Of a stretch of DNA of 64,000 bases, positions 1-9,950 are shown one piece after another. Origin of the DNA: an uncultured Clostridium sp. (GTDB lineage Bacteria > Bacillota_I > Bacilli_A > RF39 > UBA660). Every line of letters starts with the position of its first letter. Position 1 is the stretch's first letter. Made by a program: the position numbers and the translations under genes. The notes below the pieces were generated by a model, which saw only the letters and a program-made list of their open reading frames with translations, searched no databases and was not told the DNA's origin. The stretch is from assembly GCA_905193755.1 (NCBI GenBank), contig CAJJPX010000004.1, forward strand, positions 105 to 64,104, read 5' to 3'.

Positions 1-321
1 ATAAAAGGAATTAATTACTCCACAACTTTGCATAGTGATCAAGGAGTAGTTTATTCCTCTCAGGCATTTACTAATGCACATAAAGATTATAACATTATTC
101 GTTCAATGAGTCGAGCAGGAACTCCAACAGATAACCCTAAAATGGAATCTATTAATGGATGGATAAAAGACGAAATCATGAGTGATTGGAATATTGATAG
201 CTACGATTCATTTGACGAATTTATTAATACATATATTTATTATTATAACAATGAACGTTTAGCATGTTCATTAGATTATAAAACCCCAATTCAATATAAA
301 ATTGAACTAGGGTTTCAATAA
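1..321 (+). CDS. IS3-family transposase (OrfB / integrase core) C-terminal fragment, cut by the window edge
   Basis: The frame is open from nt 1 (IKGINYSTTLHSDQGVVYSS...). HSDQG and SRAGTPTDNPKMESINGWIK...YNNERLACSLDYKTP match the DDE/rve core and C-terminal tail typical of IS3/IS150-type OrfB. The track start at 28 is a TTG inside the frame. Confidence 0.8.
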   Translation: MKGINYSTTLHSDQGVVYSSQAFTNAHKDYNIIRSMSRAGTPTDNPKMESINGWIKDEIMSDWNIDSYDSFDEFINTYIYYYNNERLACSLDYKTPIQYKIELGFQ

Positions 322-361
322 ATTCTTTTTTAGTGTCCACTTTTTATTGACTTATTCAGAA

Positions 362-1108
362 TTATTTCCCATCACATTCTAGTTTTTTAACTAATGTATC
401 TAATGATACTTTTTCTTTTGCTTCTTTTAATAAAGCTTCTAGTGAAGTTTCATTTGAGTTTAAATCTTGTCTTAATATATTGATTATTGTGTTTTTAATA
501 TCATCATCCATTTTTTCTGGGAGTCTATCATAATTTAAATAATCTTGAATTATGAGATTAGCTTCTAATAATCTTTTTACTTTATATGGATCTTCTTTTA
601 TATTCTCAACTCTTCTTTTACTCGCTTCTTTTAGTCTTTTGATGATAAATGTTTGATTATTTTCAATGTTAGTCATAATTCCTGTTACTTTGTGAAATAT
701 ATCTAGCATTTCTTTTTCAAAAGAACCATTTTTCTTTTTTTCTAAGCTTTTCTTTATTTCTTTATATGCGATAGTAATGTATGCTAATGATACAATTATT
801 CCTATTTCAGCAGGTGCTATTATTGATGTTGCTATACTAATTGCTCCTAATAACATTATTCTAAATTTCTTTTTTCTATCTGCTCTTATCTCTTCTCCTA
901 ATCCTTTATTGATAACTTCAAATGCTTTAGGTACTCTTGACTTTAAATATTCATTTTTTTGAGCTAGTTCATATAAATAATATTCATTGTTATTTTTATC
1001 ATCTAATGCTTCTTTATAAAGTTCAAATGCTTCTTTTTCAATGTTTTCTAGCATTTTATTTCCTATTTGTTTTGTAGTTAATGTTTTTTCTCTTGTTTCT
1101 TCTATCAT
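362..1108 (-). CDS. hypothetical membrane protein, paralog of 1128..1856
   Basis: Central hydrophobic hairpin (IMLLGAISIATSIIAPAEIGIIVSLAYITIAY) flanked by charged helical regions. The C-terminus (ILRQDLNSNETSLEALLKEAKEKVS) aligns with the neighbour. SD AAGGGG lies upstream of the ATG. Confidence 0.6.
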   Translation of the reverse strand: MIEETREKTLTTKQIGNKMLENIEKEAFELYKEALDDKNNNEYYLYELAQKNEYLKSRVPKAFEVINKGLGEEIRADRKKKFRIMLLGAISIATSIIAPAEIGIIVSLAYITIAYKEIKKSLEKKKNGSFEKEMLDIFHKVTGIMTNIENNQTFIIKRLKEASKRRVENIKEDPYKVKRLLEANLIIQDYLNYDRLPEKMDDDIKNTIINILRQDLNSNETSLEALLKEAKEKVSLDTLVKKLECDGK

Positions 1109-1127
1109 AATGTACCCCTTTTAATAT

Positions 1128-1856
1128 TTATTTTAACTTCTTTATAATTGTATCTTCTGATACTTTATCTTTTGTTTCTTTTAATAGTATTTCTAAGTTT
1201 GTTTCATTAGTATTTAAATCGCGTTGTAATAAATCTATTATTGTTTTTCTTGTTTCTTCATCTAAGTTTTTAGGTACTATACCAGTACTTACATATTCTT
1301 GAATTCTATAGTTTGCTTCCATATATGCATTTACTTTTGCTTCTGTTTTTTCTTCTACTAATAGTCTCTCACTTCTCATTTTCGTTATTTTTTTAACAAT
1401 ACATTGTTCATTATCAGATATAGTTTCTATTACATTATCTGCCTTTTTAAGTGTTTCTTCTAATTCTTTTTTTAATGATTCATTATCTTCTTTACTTAGT
1501 TTTTTTAATCTTTTATAAAGGCCACCCGCATAAACTATAGATGTTATTATACCTACCATGGGAATTATAAATAATAGTGCTACATTTGCTAAACCTAAAG
1601 TTACCATTGCACCACATTCTATATAAGATTTCTTTAAGTCTTTCTTTAATGATTTTTCTATAATATCTAATGCTGCATATGCTTCGACTCTTAAGTCTTC
1701 ATTTCTTCTAAATAAGCTCGTTATATAGTATTCAGGTAATTCTTCTTCACTTTTTATTTTTTCATTTATTTTGATTGCTTCATCATTTGCCTTATTTAAG
1801 AATGAAGTACCTATTTTTCTTGTATATATAGGTTTTTCTTTTTTTAAACCAGTCAT
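1128..1856 (-). CDS. hypothetical membrane protein, paralog of 362..1108
   Basis: Same architecture as the neighbour, with C-terminus LLQRDLNTNETNLEILLKETKDKVS. The likely start is the ATG at 1856 (SD TGGGGG, 5-nt spacer). The track start at 1868 is a TTG. Confidence 0.6.
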   Translation of the reverse strand: MTGLKKEKPIYTRKIGTSFLNKANDEAIKINEKIKSEEELPEYYITSLFRRNEDLRVEAYAALDIIEKSLKKDLKKSYIECGAMVTLGLANVALLFIIPMVGIITSIVYAGGLYKRLKKLSKEDNESLKKELEETLKKADNVIETISDNEQCIVKKITKMRSERLLVEEKTEAKVNAYMEANYRIQEYVSTGIVPKNLDEETRKTIIDLLQRDLNTNETNLEILLKETKDKVSEDTIIKKLK

Positions 1857-1905
1857 ATTAACCCCCAAATAAAAAAGTGTTTATATTATAACACTTTTTC
1901 TATAA

Positions 1906-2694
1906 CTAATCAATATTTACTCCAGATTCTACTGTTTTAAGTCCAACTATATATTCTATGATTATTAATACAGTGTATGTTATCATTACAATTAAAAGTA
2001 TGCTTTTAAATGTTGTTAGTGTGAAAGTTGTACTTGTAAATATATTCATTATGTCACTATTAAATAAACCTGAAACATAGACAACTAAAAGTATAATTAT
2101 GGATAAAGCCATATATGTTAAGAATCCATATAAGCAACTTTTTAACATTTTATTGTTATTTGATTTATGACCTAGTATTATACCTATATAACCTGTTAGT
2201 AAAATAAATGTAAATTCTAAGAATAGTAATGTAAATACTTGTAAAAGTAAATTTGTTATACTGCTTTCATAGAGATTAGCTACTATATTTAAGCTATTTT
2301 TTAATAGTTCAATATTTTCTTTTGAGTAATAACATATTAATAGTGATGCGGCAATCACTATAGTTGATGTTAACATAGTTATTAACCCACATAACACTTT
2401 TGATAAATATAATGTACTCTTTTTAACTGGTAATGTGTGTGTTAAGTAAGACTCATCTTTATAGAAGTTTAGAACAAGTCTTGCCCATACTCTCATTAGA
2501 TTATTAATAAGTACACTTACTAACATTGAAACAGCAATTCCATTATTTATTTTTGAAAGTATTAACATTATTCCTGAATTATCAAATAATCCACATATTC
2601 TTCCAAGTAAAGCAAAGAATAATGATAAACTATAGAATATTATTAAGTTCTTGTATGTAAATTTTAAATCATATTTTAGTACTTTTAAGAGCAT
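1906..2694 (-). CDS. ABC-2-type transporter membrane component
   Basis: Multi-pass hydrophobic protein. It overlaps the 3' end of the upstream ABC ATPase gene by 10 nt, giving the operon order GntR-ATPase-permease. Confidence 0.6.
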   Translation of the reverse strand: MLLKVLKYDLKFTYKNLIIFYSLSLFFALLGRICGLFDNSGIMLILSKINNGIAVSMLVSVLINNLMRVWARLVLNFYKDESYLTHTLPVKKSTLYLSKVLCGLITMLTSTIVIAASLLICYYSKENIELLKNSLNIVANLYESSITNLLLQVFTLLFLEFTFILLTGYIGIILGHKSNNNKMLKSCLYGFLTYMALSIIILLVVYVSGLFNSDIMNIFTSTTFTLTTFKSILLIVMITYTVLIIIEYIVGLKTVESGVNID

Positions 2695-3383
2695 TTGAAT
2701 GTCCTCCTAAAGATCTCATCTATTGATGATTTTTCTTTTTTACGAAGTTCATCTGCAGAAGCTGTTAATATTATTTTACCTTTGTCTATGAATATAACTT
2801 CGTCTAATATTCTTTCTATATCTGAAATTAAGTGTGTTGATATTATTACACTACTTCCTTCTTTGAAGTTAGAAAGTATTGTGTCTAATATATAATCTCT
2901 AGTAGCTGGGTCTACTCCACCTAATGGTTCATCTAAAATATAAAGATCAGCTTCTCTACTCATAACAAGAATAAGTTGTAGCTTTTCTTGCATACCTTTA
3001 GACATCTTAGATATTTTAGAGTTTATATCTAAATCTAAATCTTTAAGTAATTTTTTTGCTTTTTCAATATTAAAGTTAACATAGAATTCATTAAAGTAAT
3101 TTAGTGTATCTATTACTTTCATTTCTTTATCTAAGTAAGTTCTTTCTGGTAAGTAAGAAATAATCTTTTTTGATTCTACTCCTGGATGTAGTCCTTCTAT
3201 AAGTACTTCACCACTAGTTGGAGTAAGTAAATCATTAATAAGTTTTATTAGTGTTGTTTTTCCTTGCCCATTTTTACCTAGAAGACCTACTATTTTACCT
3301 CTAGGTATTATTAGGTTTACATCTTTTAGAATTTTTTTATTATCAAAACTCTTTGATAGGTTCTTGCACTCTAAAAGTTCCAT
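2685..3383 (-). CDS. ABC transporter ATP-binding protein
   Basis: Walker A GKNGQGKTT, signature MSKGMQEKL, Walker B LYILDEPLGGVD, H-loop ISTH. The likely start is MELLECKNL at 3383, directly after the GntR stop. Confidence 0.9.
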   Translation of the reverse strand: MELLECKNLSKSFDNKKILKDVNLIIPRGKIVGLLGKNGQGKTTLIKLINDLLTPTSGEVLIEGLHPGVESKKIISYLPERTYLDKEMKVIDTLNYFNEFYVNFNIEKAKKLLKDLDLDINSKISKMSKGMQEKLQLILVMSREADLYILDEPLGGVDPATRDYILDTILSNFKEGSSVIISTHLISDIERILDEVIFIDKGKIILTASADELRKKEKSSIDEIFRRTFKCS

Positions 3384-3384
3384 A

Positions 3385-3747
3385 TTATTTTCCTCCAAAT
3401 TCTTGCAAGTACTTAATAGATTCTTCATATGTTATACCTATACTATTCATAGAACTTAAATATTCATTTACTTTTTCTTTAGCTAGTTTTTCTTTAGCTT
3501 TGTTTATTACTTTTGAATCATTAGTAACATATTTACCATTTGTTCTTTCAGTATAAATTAGTTTTTCATTTTCTAGTTCTACTAAAGCTTTTTGCATAGT
3601 ATTTGGATTAACTTTGTAGTAAAATGCTAGCTCTCTTACAGAAGGTAATCTACTTCCTACACTTAATTTACCTGATACTATATCCAATTTAATAATATCT
3701 ACTAGTTGAATATAGATTGGTATATTGTTATCAAATGTATAACTCAT
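3385..3747 (-). CDS. GntR-family (YtrA-like) transcriptional regulator
   Basis: Winged-HTH region IYIQLVDIIKLDIVSGKLSVGSRLPSVRELAFYYKVNPNTMQKALVELE. Small size and linkage to an ABC pair fit the YtrA subfamily. The ATG at 3747 is preceded by AAGGAG. Confidence 0.85.
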   Translation of the reverse strand: MSYTFDNNIPIYIQLVDIIKLDIVSGKLSVGSRLPSVRELAFYYKVNPNTMQKALVELENEKLIYTERTNGKYVTNDSKVINKAKEKLAKEKVNEYLSSMNSIGITYEESIKYLQEFGGK

Positions 3748-3833
3748 ATGAACTCCTTTCACTGTATTACTTGCATAATACAATAATACTATTATATATA
3801 TTTTATGTCAATAGAAAAAGCCAATTAAATTGA

Positions 3834-4325
3834 CTATATTTTTATAAAACTATAACTTACGTTATTAAGTTTTAATATACGCTCTATGTCTTCTAATTTT
3901 AACCAGATAGATGATGTATTTTCATTTGGGTGCATCCCTATTTCTTTGAAACTTTTTATGTCTTCATCTATTAATACTTTTACTTTGTGTTCTCTGTCAT
4001 TAAGTATTCCAAGTACTGTTACTGAGCCTTTTTTAAGACCTAAATATTTTTCTAAATCTTCTTCGTTTGCAAATGTTAGAGGTCTAAGTCCTAGAGTATT
4101 TCTTAATTCTTTTAGATTTACTCTTTTTTCTCCAGCAACTAGTATTAAATAATAATTTTGTTTTTTATCGTCTCTGATGAATAGATTTTTAACTACTTCA
4201 ACTTCGTCATCTAATTTTAATTCTGACATTTCTTCCATGGTGAATACTGCTTTATGATCTATTCTTTTATATTTAATATTTAAGTTATCTAGGTATTTAA
4301 ATATTTCTTCTTTACTTGTATACAT
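3834..4325 (-). CDS. YbaK/ProX-type aminoacyl-tRNA editing-domain protein
   Basis: KNLFIRDDKKQNYYLILVAGEKRVNLKELRNTLG...GSVTVLGILND resembles the prolyl-tRNA-synthetase-associated (YbaK/ProX) domain. The start is taken at MYTSKEE (4325). Confidence 0.7.
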   Translation of the reverse strand: MYTSKEEIFKYLDNLNIKYKRIDHKAVFTMEEMSELKLDDEVEVVKNLFIRDDKKQNYYLILVAGEKRVNLKELRNTLGLRPLTFANEEDLEKYLGLKKGSVTVLGILNDREHKVKVLIDEDIKSFKEIGMHPNENTSSIWLKLEDIERILKLNNVSYSFIKI

Positions 4326-4382
4326 AATTAGCTCTCTTTCACTTTTATAATAAATATTTTTTAGCATTTAAAAATGCAATGA

Positions 4383-5045
4383 TTATTTCTTTTTCATTGC
4401 ATTTATTATATCAAAGTTCTTTATAAAGTTAAATAATTTTACATCTTTGTATTTGTCTAGTATCTTGTAAATTAATATTGTTATGAGGTATGCAACAGTT
4501 GCTCCGATTAGTCCTGATAACATACCACCTATTACATCTGATGGATAGTGAACCATAAGATAATTTCTTGATATACCCATAAGTATTATAAATAGAAAAC
4601 ACCAATATTTATTTTTTGTTTTAGCCATGAATACTAAAGACATCATTGCTGCTGTCATAGCTGTTGTGTGTCCACTTGGGAATGAGAAATCACTTTCGGT
4701 AACACTTCCTGCATATTTCCACCATTCGTTATATTCTAAGACACTACTCATATATGGTCTAGGTCTAGCTACCATATCTTTTAATATAAAATTAGTTATA
4801 ATAGCACCTGCTCCTATTGCTCCAAACATACATATTCCAAACTTTCTTGTTTTCTTAAATAGCATTAAGAATATACTTAACAAAATTAAGAATAGACCTT
4901 TTTCAGCAAATAAACTTATAAACTTAAATAACCAGTTTAGATTACTATGTGTTAGAAGTGCTAGTTCATGTAAAATATTTAGTATAGTATGATCAAATCC
5001 ACTAAATGTAGTATTTAACCATTCAGCTGCTGCTGTTAGTTCCAT
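4383..5045 (-). CDS. PAP2-family phosphatase (membrane)
   Basis: All three PAP2 motifs are present: KDMVARPRP, SFPSGHT, SRNYLMVHYPSDVIGG. Several TM segments. Confidence 0.85.
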   Translation of the reverse strand: MELTAAAEWLNTTFSGFDHTILNILHELALLTHSNLNWLFKFISLFAEKGLFLILLSIFLMLFKKTRKFGICMFGAIGAGAIITNFILKDMVARPRPYMSSVLEYNEWWKYAGSVTESDFSFPSGHTTAMTAAMMSLVFMAKTKNKYWCFLFIILMGISRNYLMVHYPSDVIGGMLSGLIGATVAYLITILIYKILDKYKDVKLFNFIKNFDIINAMKKK

Positions 5046-5101
5046 ATCTACCTCCTACTACATTATCATTTTACATTCATAATAAATTTAAAACAATAAC
5101 A

Positions 5102-8020
5102 TTACTTATTCTTTACATTTTTGTTATCAATTATAGCTAGTAAACTTCTAAGTCTTATGGTAATTGCTCCCATATTAGATATTTCATCTATCTTTATTTG
5201 TGTATAGACTTTGTCTTTACTTTCAATAATTCTTCTTACTTCATCAGTTGTTACTGCATCTACTCCACAACCAAAAGATACTAATTGAACTAAATTAATA
5301 TTATCTTTAGATTCACTTATGTATTTAGCAGCAGCATATAGTCTTGAATGATAAGTCCATTGATTCATTACTTTAGTTTTAAATGGTTTTACTTTATGAC
5401 TAATACTGTCTTCAGTTATAACTACTGCTCCAAGTGAAGTTATAAGTTTATTAATACCATGATTTATTTCAGGATCTAAATGATATGGACGACCGCATAA
5501 TACAATTATAGGCATATTTTTAGATGAAGCAATTCCCATAAATTCTTCTGCCTTAGTTCTTATTTTTGATAAGTAATCATTATATGCTTCATAAGATTTT
5601 TCTACAGCTTTTTTAAGACCAGATTCAGTAGTTTCAATATTATAATATTTAATTATAGTTTTTATTCTTTTTAAGAATTGTTTTTTATCTGCTAAACTTA
5701 TAAAATCATCTATAAAAGTATCTTTGTTTAGATTATTTATATTGCCTCTTATAACTTGAGGATAGTATGCTACTACTGGACAATTATAATGATTAGTACC
5801 AAGTTTTTCATCAACATTGTAGCTCATACTAGGATAGAATATATAGTCTACTTTAGAATCTAATAAATACTCTATATGGCCATGAACTAGTTTTGCTGGA
5901 TAACAAATTGTATCTGATGGTATTGTGTGTTGTCCTTTTAAATAGAGACTTCTTGATGAAAATGGAGACACTACTACATTAAGTCCTAAAGTTTTAAATA
6001 AAGTATACCAAAATGGTAATAGTTCATACATATTAAGTACTAGAGGTATACCAATAGTAGTCTTAGATTCATCTATTTCATTATTCATGAATTCTTTTAA
6101 TAAAGATTGTTTATATTCATATAAGTCATAGTGTTCTTGAAGATTGCCTTTGTTAAGAGGTTTTGAACATCTATTACCTGCGATGAATCTTCTTTTCTTA
6201 TCGAATGTATTTATAACCAAGTTACAATGATTAGTGCATCCATTACAATTTATATTTCTTGTTTCGTAGTTAAAGTTTTTAAGTTCTTCTAAAGTTAATA
6301 CTTTACTTTTATCACTTTCTTTTTCTTTACTATAAAGTGCACTTCCGTATGCTCCCATAAGTCCTGAATATTTTGGTCTTATTACATTGTGACCAATTTC
6401 CATTTCAAAGGATCTTAGTACTGAGTCATTTAAGAATGTTCCACCTTGAACAATTATGTTTTCACCTAAGTCTTTTGGACTAGCGCATCTTATAACTTTA
6501 TATAATGCGTTTTTAACTACACTCATTGAAAGGCCTGCTGCTATACTTTCTACTGAAGCACCATCTTTTTGAGCTTGTTTAACTGCACTATTCATAAATA
6601 CTGTGCATCTTGAACCTAAACTAACTGGACTTTTAGCATAAAGACCTAAATGTGAGAATTCTTCTGTTGTGTATCCTAAAGCTTTAGCAAATGTTTGTAA
6701 GAAAGAACCACATCCTGAAGAACATGCTTCATTTAAATATAAACTATCTATTGAACCATTTTTTATCTTAAAACATTTTATATCTTGACCACCTATATCA
6801 AGTATAAAATCTACTTTAGGATTTATTTTCTTTGCTGCCGTGTAGTGAGCAATTGTTTCAACTACACCATAATCTATATTAAATGCATTTTTAATTAATT
6901 CTTCTCCATAACCAGTTACTGCGCTAGATTTAATGTTAATATTTGGATACTTGTTATATAAATCTATTAAATATTTTTTAACTATTTCTACTGGACTTCC
7001 TTCGTTTGGTGAATAATATGAATTAAATATGTTACCATCATCATCACAAAGAACCATCTTTATTGTTGTGCTTCCTGCATCTATTCCTAGATACATATTT
7101 TTACTTGGTTTATCTAATTCTTTTATAGTTGTGTCGTTATGTCTTTTCAAGAATTCTTCATATTCTTTTTTATCTTTGAAAAGTGGTTTAGTTTTTACAT
7201 AGTTATTTTGCTCTTTGAACTTTTTAAATTTGTTTTCTAGTGATAGAAGAGTTGTTTCTTCTTTTACATTTGCTAGTACTGAGCCTATTGCTACAAAGTA
7301 AAGGGAATCATCAGGAAGTACTCCTTTAGTATTTAATACTTCATCAAAACTATTTCTAAGTTCGCTATAGAAGTATAATGGTCCACCTAAATATAAAACA
7401 TTATTACCTATTTCTCTTCCTTGAGATAATCCTGATATTGTTTGATTTACTACTGCTCTAAATATACCAGCAGCTATATCTTCTTTTCTAACACCTTGAT
7501 TAAGTAATGGCTGTACATCTGATTTAGCAAATACTCCACAACGAGATGCAATATTACATATCTTATCATGATGACTTGATAATTCATTTAATTCTTCACC
7601 ATTAACATTTAATAATGAAGCCATTTGGTCTATAAATGCACCTGTTCCACCTGCACAACTACCATTCATTCTCATTTCAAATCCACCAGTAAGAAACAAC
7701 ATTTTAGCGTCTTCTCCGCCTAGTTCTATAACTGTATCAGTATTTGGGTAATACTTTTTAACTGCTATTTTTTCTGCAAATACTTCTTGAACAAATGGAA
7801 TTTTTAGACTTTCTGCATAACCAAGCCCCGCTGAACCTGAAATAGTTACTGTTATCTTGTCTTTCTTTATTACTTGTTTTAAATCATTTATTATTTTTAA
7901 TATAGCACTTCTTATCTCAGAATAGTGACGTTCATATTTCTTAAATATTATATTTTCTTTTTCATCAATTACTACACATTTTATAGTAGTAGATCCTATA
8001 TCAAAACCTACTCTTTTCAT
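5102..8020 (-). CDS. CoA-substrate-specific enzyme activase family protein (double BcrAD/BadFG ATPase plus C-terminal YjiL-like domain)
   Basis: Two actin-like ATPase modules begin VGFDIGSTTIKCV and LGIDAGSTTIKMV, each with a cluster-helix Cys (ASRCGVFAKSD, GSRCTVFMNS). The ATG at 8020 is preceded by GAAGGTGA. Confidence 0.8.
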   Translation of the reverse strand: MKRVGFDIGSTTIKCVVIDEKENIIFKKYERHYSEIRSAILKIINDLKQVIKKDKITVTISGSAGLGYAESLKIPFVQEVFAEKIAVKKYYPNTDTVIELGGEDAKMLFLTGGFEMRMNGSCAGGTGAFIDQMASLLNVNGEELNELSSHHDKICNIASRCGVFAKSDVQPLLNQGVRKEDIAAGIFRAVVNQTISGLSQGREIGNNVLYLGGPLYFYSELRNSFDEVLNTKGVLPDDSLYFVAIGSVLANVKEETTLLSLENKFKKFKEQNNYVKTKPLFKDKKEYEEFLKRHNDTTIKELDKPSKNMYLGIDAGSTTIKMVLCDDDGNIFNSYYSPNEGSPVEIVKKYLIDLYNKYPNINIKSSAVTGYGEELIKNAFNIDYGVVETIAHYTAAKKINPKVDFILDIGGQDIKCFKIKNGSIDSLYLNEACSSGCGSFLQTFAKALGYTTEEFSHLGLYAKSPVSLGSRCTVFMNSAVKQAQKDGASVESIAAGLSMSVVKNALYKVIRCASPKDLGENIIVQGGTFLNDSVLRSFEMEIGHNVIRPKYSGLMGAYGSALYSKEKESDKSKVLTLEELKNFNYETRNINCNGCTNHCNLVINTFDKKRRFIAGNRCSKPLNKGNLQEHYDLYEYKQSLLKEFMNNEIDESKTTIGIPLVLNMYELLPFWYTLFKTLGLNVVVSPFSSRSLYLKGQHTIPSDTICYPAKLVHGHIEYLLDSKVDYIFYPSMSYNVDEKLGTNHYNCPVVAYYPQVIRGNINNLNKDTFIDDFISLADKKQFLKRIKTIIKYYNIETTESGLKKAVEKSYEAYNDYLSKIRTKAEEFMGIASSKNMPIIVLCGRPYHLDPEINHGINKLITSLGAVVITEDSISHKVKPFKTKVMNQWTYHSRLYAAAKYISESKDNINLVQLVSFGCGVDAVTTDEVRRIIESKDKVYTQIKIDEISNMGAITIRLRSLLAIIDNKNVKNK

Positions 8021-8021
8021 A

Positions 8022-9260
8022 TTACTTATCACCTTCTTCTGCAATAGCTAGCATTAATTTAATTCTATTTTCTTGATTTACTTTTGAAGCTCCTGCATCA
8101 TAATCTATTGGAAATATATTAGCATTTGGATATAACATTCTAAGTGTTCTAATTGTACCTTTACCTACTATGTGATTAGGAAGACATCCAAATGGTTGAG
8201 CACATATAATATTGTTATATCCTTTTTCTATTAACTCAGATACTTCTCCTGGTAAAAGCCATCCTTCTCCCATATTTACTCCTCTATCTATTACTCGATC
8301 TGCAAGTTTCTTTATTTTTTTAAATGGAGTTGGACATACAAATTCAGGATATGGTTTTAATGCTTCTTCCATGTCTTTTTCCCAAGAAGATGCAATTGAT
8401 TCTACAGTCTTTCCTGCATACATACTTACTCTATTTTTTCCATAATATTTATGATTTATTTCTCCATCAGAAAAACAAAATTCAAAGAATGCTAGTACTC
8501 CTGGTACCATGTACTCACATCCTTCTTTAAGTAAGAATTCTTCTAAATTGTTGTTACCAAATGGAGAATATTTAACATATATTTCTCCTACGATACCAAC
8601 TTTCTTTAATTTTCTATCTGCTCTTTTAATCTCATGGAAGCTTTTAGCAATACTTTTTAGATTTTTTTTCATACTTCTATTATTTAAACTTTTCTTAGAA
8701 GCAAAATCAGTAGATAATTTATTTATCCAATAATCTACTAATTTATCAGTTTCACCTTTTTTCTTTTCATAAGGTTTTACTTGATTCTTTAAAAGCATTA
8801 TAAAGTCTCCATAGATAATAGTTCTAAGAGACATATACATCATCATTGGTGTTAGTTTAAATCCACTACATTTTTCTATGTTACTTGTACTTACTGAAAT
8901 AACTGGTATATAGTCATATCCCATACTTTCTAAAGCTTTTCTAAGTAAACAAATATAATTAGATGCTCTACATCCACCACCAGTTTGAAATTGTATTAAA
9001 GCTACTTTATGTGTATCATAATCTCCGCTTTTAAGTGCATAAAGTTGTTGTCCTATCGCACATATAGCTGGATAACAAATATCATTATGTAAGTAACTAA
9101 GTCCGGTATCTATAACATCTTTTCCTTCATAATGAAGTACTTCTACATTATATCCATATAATTTAAATACTTTTTTTAGAAGTCTCATATGTACTGGAAA
9201 TATATCTGGTGCTAGTATAGTATGAGTTTTTTTCATATCTTTAGTAAATTCTGCTGTCAT
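8022..9260 (-). CDS. 2-hydroxyacyl-CoA dehydratase-family protein (YjiM-like partner of the activase)
   Basis: Cys-rich N-terminal half (NDICYPAICAIGQ, FQTGGGCRASNY, AQPFGCLPNH) is typical of the HgdB/YjiM-like family. The gene sits immediately upstream of the activase. Confidence 0.65.
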   Translation of the reverse strand: MTAEFTKDMKKTHTILAPDIFPVHMRLLKKVFKLYGYNVEVLHYEGKDVIDTGLSYLHNDICYPAICAIGQQLYALKSGDYDTHKVALIQFQTGGGCRASNYICLLRKALESMGYDYIPVISVSTSNIEKCSGFKLTPMMMYMSLRTIIYGDFIMLLKNQVKPYEKKKGETDKLVDYWINKLSTDFASKKSLNNRSMKKNLKSIAKSFHEIKRADRKLKKVGIVGEIYVKYSPFGNNNLEEFLLKEGCEYMVPGVLAFFEFCFSDGEINHKYYGKNRVSMYAGKTVESIASSWEKDMEEALKPYPEFVCPTPFKKIKKLADRVIDRGVNMGEGWLLPGEVSELIEKGYNNIICAQPFGCLPNHIVGKGTIRTLRMLYPNANIFPIDYDAGASKVNQENRIKLMLAIAEEGDK

Positions 9261-9278
9261 ATATATGTCTCCTTTAAA

Positions 9279-9830
9279 CTATTTTTTCTTTTCTTTGAAT
9301 ATTTTAACTGATGTAATAACTGTTATTAAACTAAGAATACCTTCTACTAAAAGGTTAGCTCCAAGTAATATAGTTAATACCATAGCACTCTCACTAGGCT
9401 TTATCATTAGTGTTATACCACAGATACAAGCAAGTATTGCAAATATTAGAATTAAATACCATTCACGAATACCAAACTTATGTGCTTCATTAGCAATATG
9501 TATTTTAAACATACTATCAGTAAATATTGATAAACCTAATGCTATGCATATAAAGTTAATAAATCCTTCAGGATGTATTAGAATAATAATACCAAGTACT
9601 AGAAGTAAAATACCAAATGGCAAGTCATATTGAAATGCTAAACGATATAGGTCATTTGAGAAATAACCAAATAATTTAATCATACCAAATGCTATTAAAA
9701 GTATTGCACATATTACAACTAACATTGTTTGTGAAAATGCTGGATTTATCATAAGTACTAATCCTAGAATACATAATATGATAGACATAACTATGTAACT
9801 TGTTTTAGCTATACGTATAAATTTACTCAT
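9279..9830 (-). CDS. HdeD/DUF308-type membrane protein
   Basis: Six hydrophobic helices arranged in repeated pairs, of HdeD-like length. The ATG at 9830 is preceded by GGAGGAA. Its stop lies 18 nt upstream of the next gene. Confidence 0.55.
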   Translation of the reverse strand: MSKFIRIAKTSYIVMSIILCILGLVLMINPAFSQTMLVVICAILLIAFGMIKLFGYFSNDLYRLAFQYDLPFGILLLVLGIIILIHPEGFINFICIALGLSIFTDSMFKIHIANEAHKFGIREWYLILIFAILACICGITLMIKPSESAMVLTILLGANLLVEGILSLITVITSVKIFKEKKK

Positions 9831-9950
9831 CTTAGTTCCTCCTTTCATTATATAAATAGTATAACCTCATAATACATTTTTTTAAATGGACAGTTTTTTT
9901 ATGATGTTTAATTTTTAGACAAAATGGTTTTAATGCATAAAAAAAGAATA

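Noticed and set aside
8020-8044. An apparent 23-nt overlap between the dehydratase-family and activase ORFs, considered as a fusion or programmed frameshift.
   Set aside because: The internal ATG at 8020 is preceded by GAAGGTGA and sits right after the upstream stop. This gives two ordinary adjacent genes. The longer track ORF is an upstream extension.
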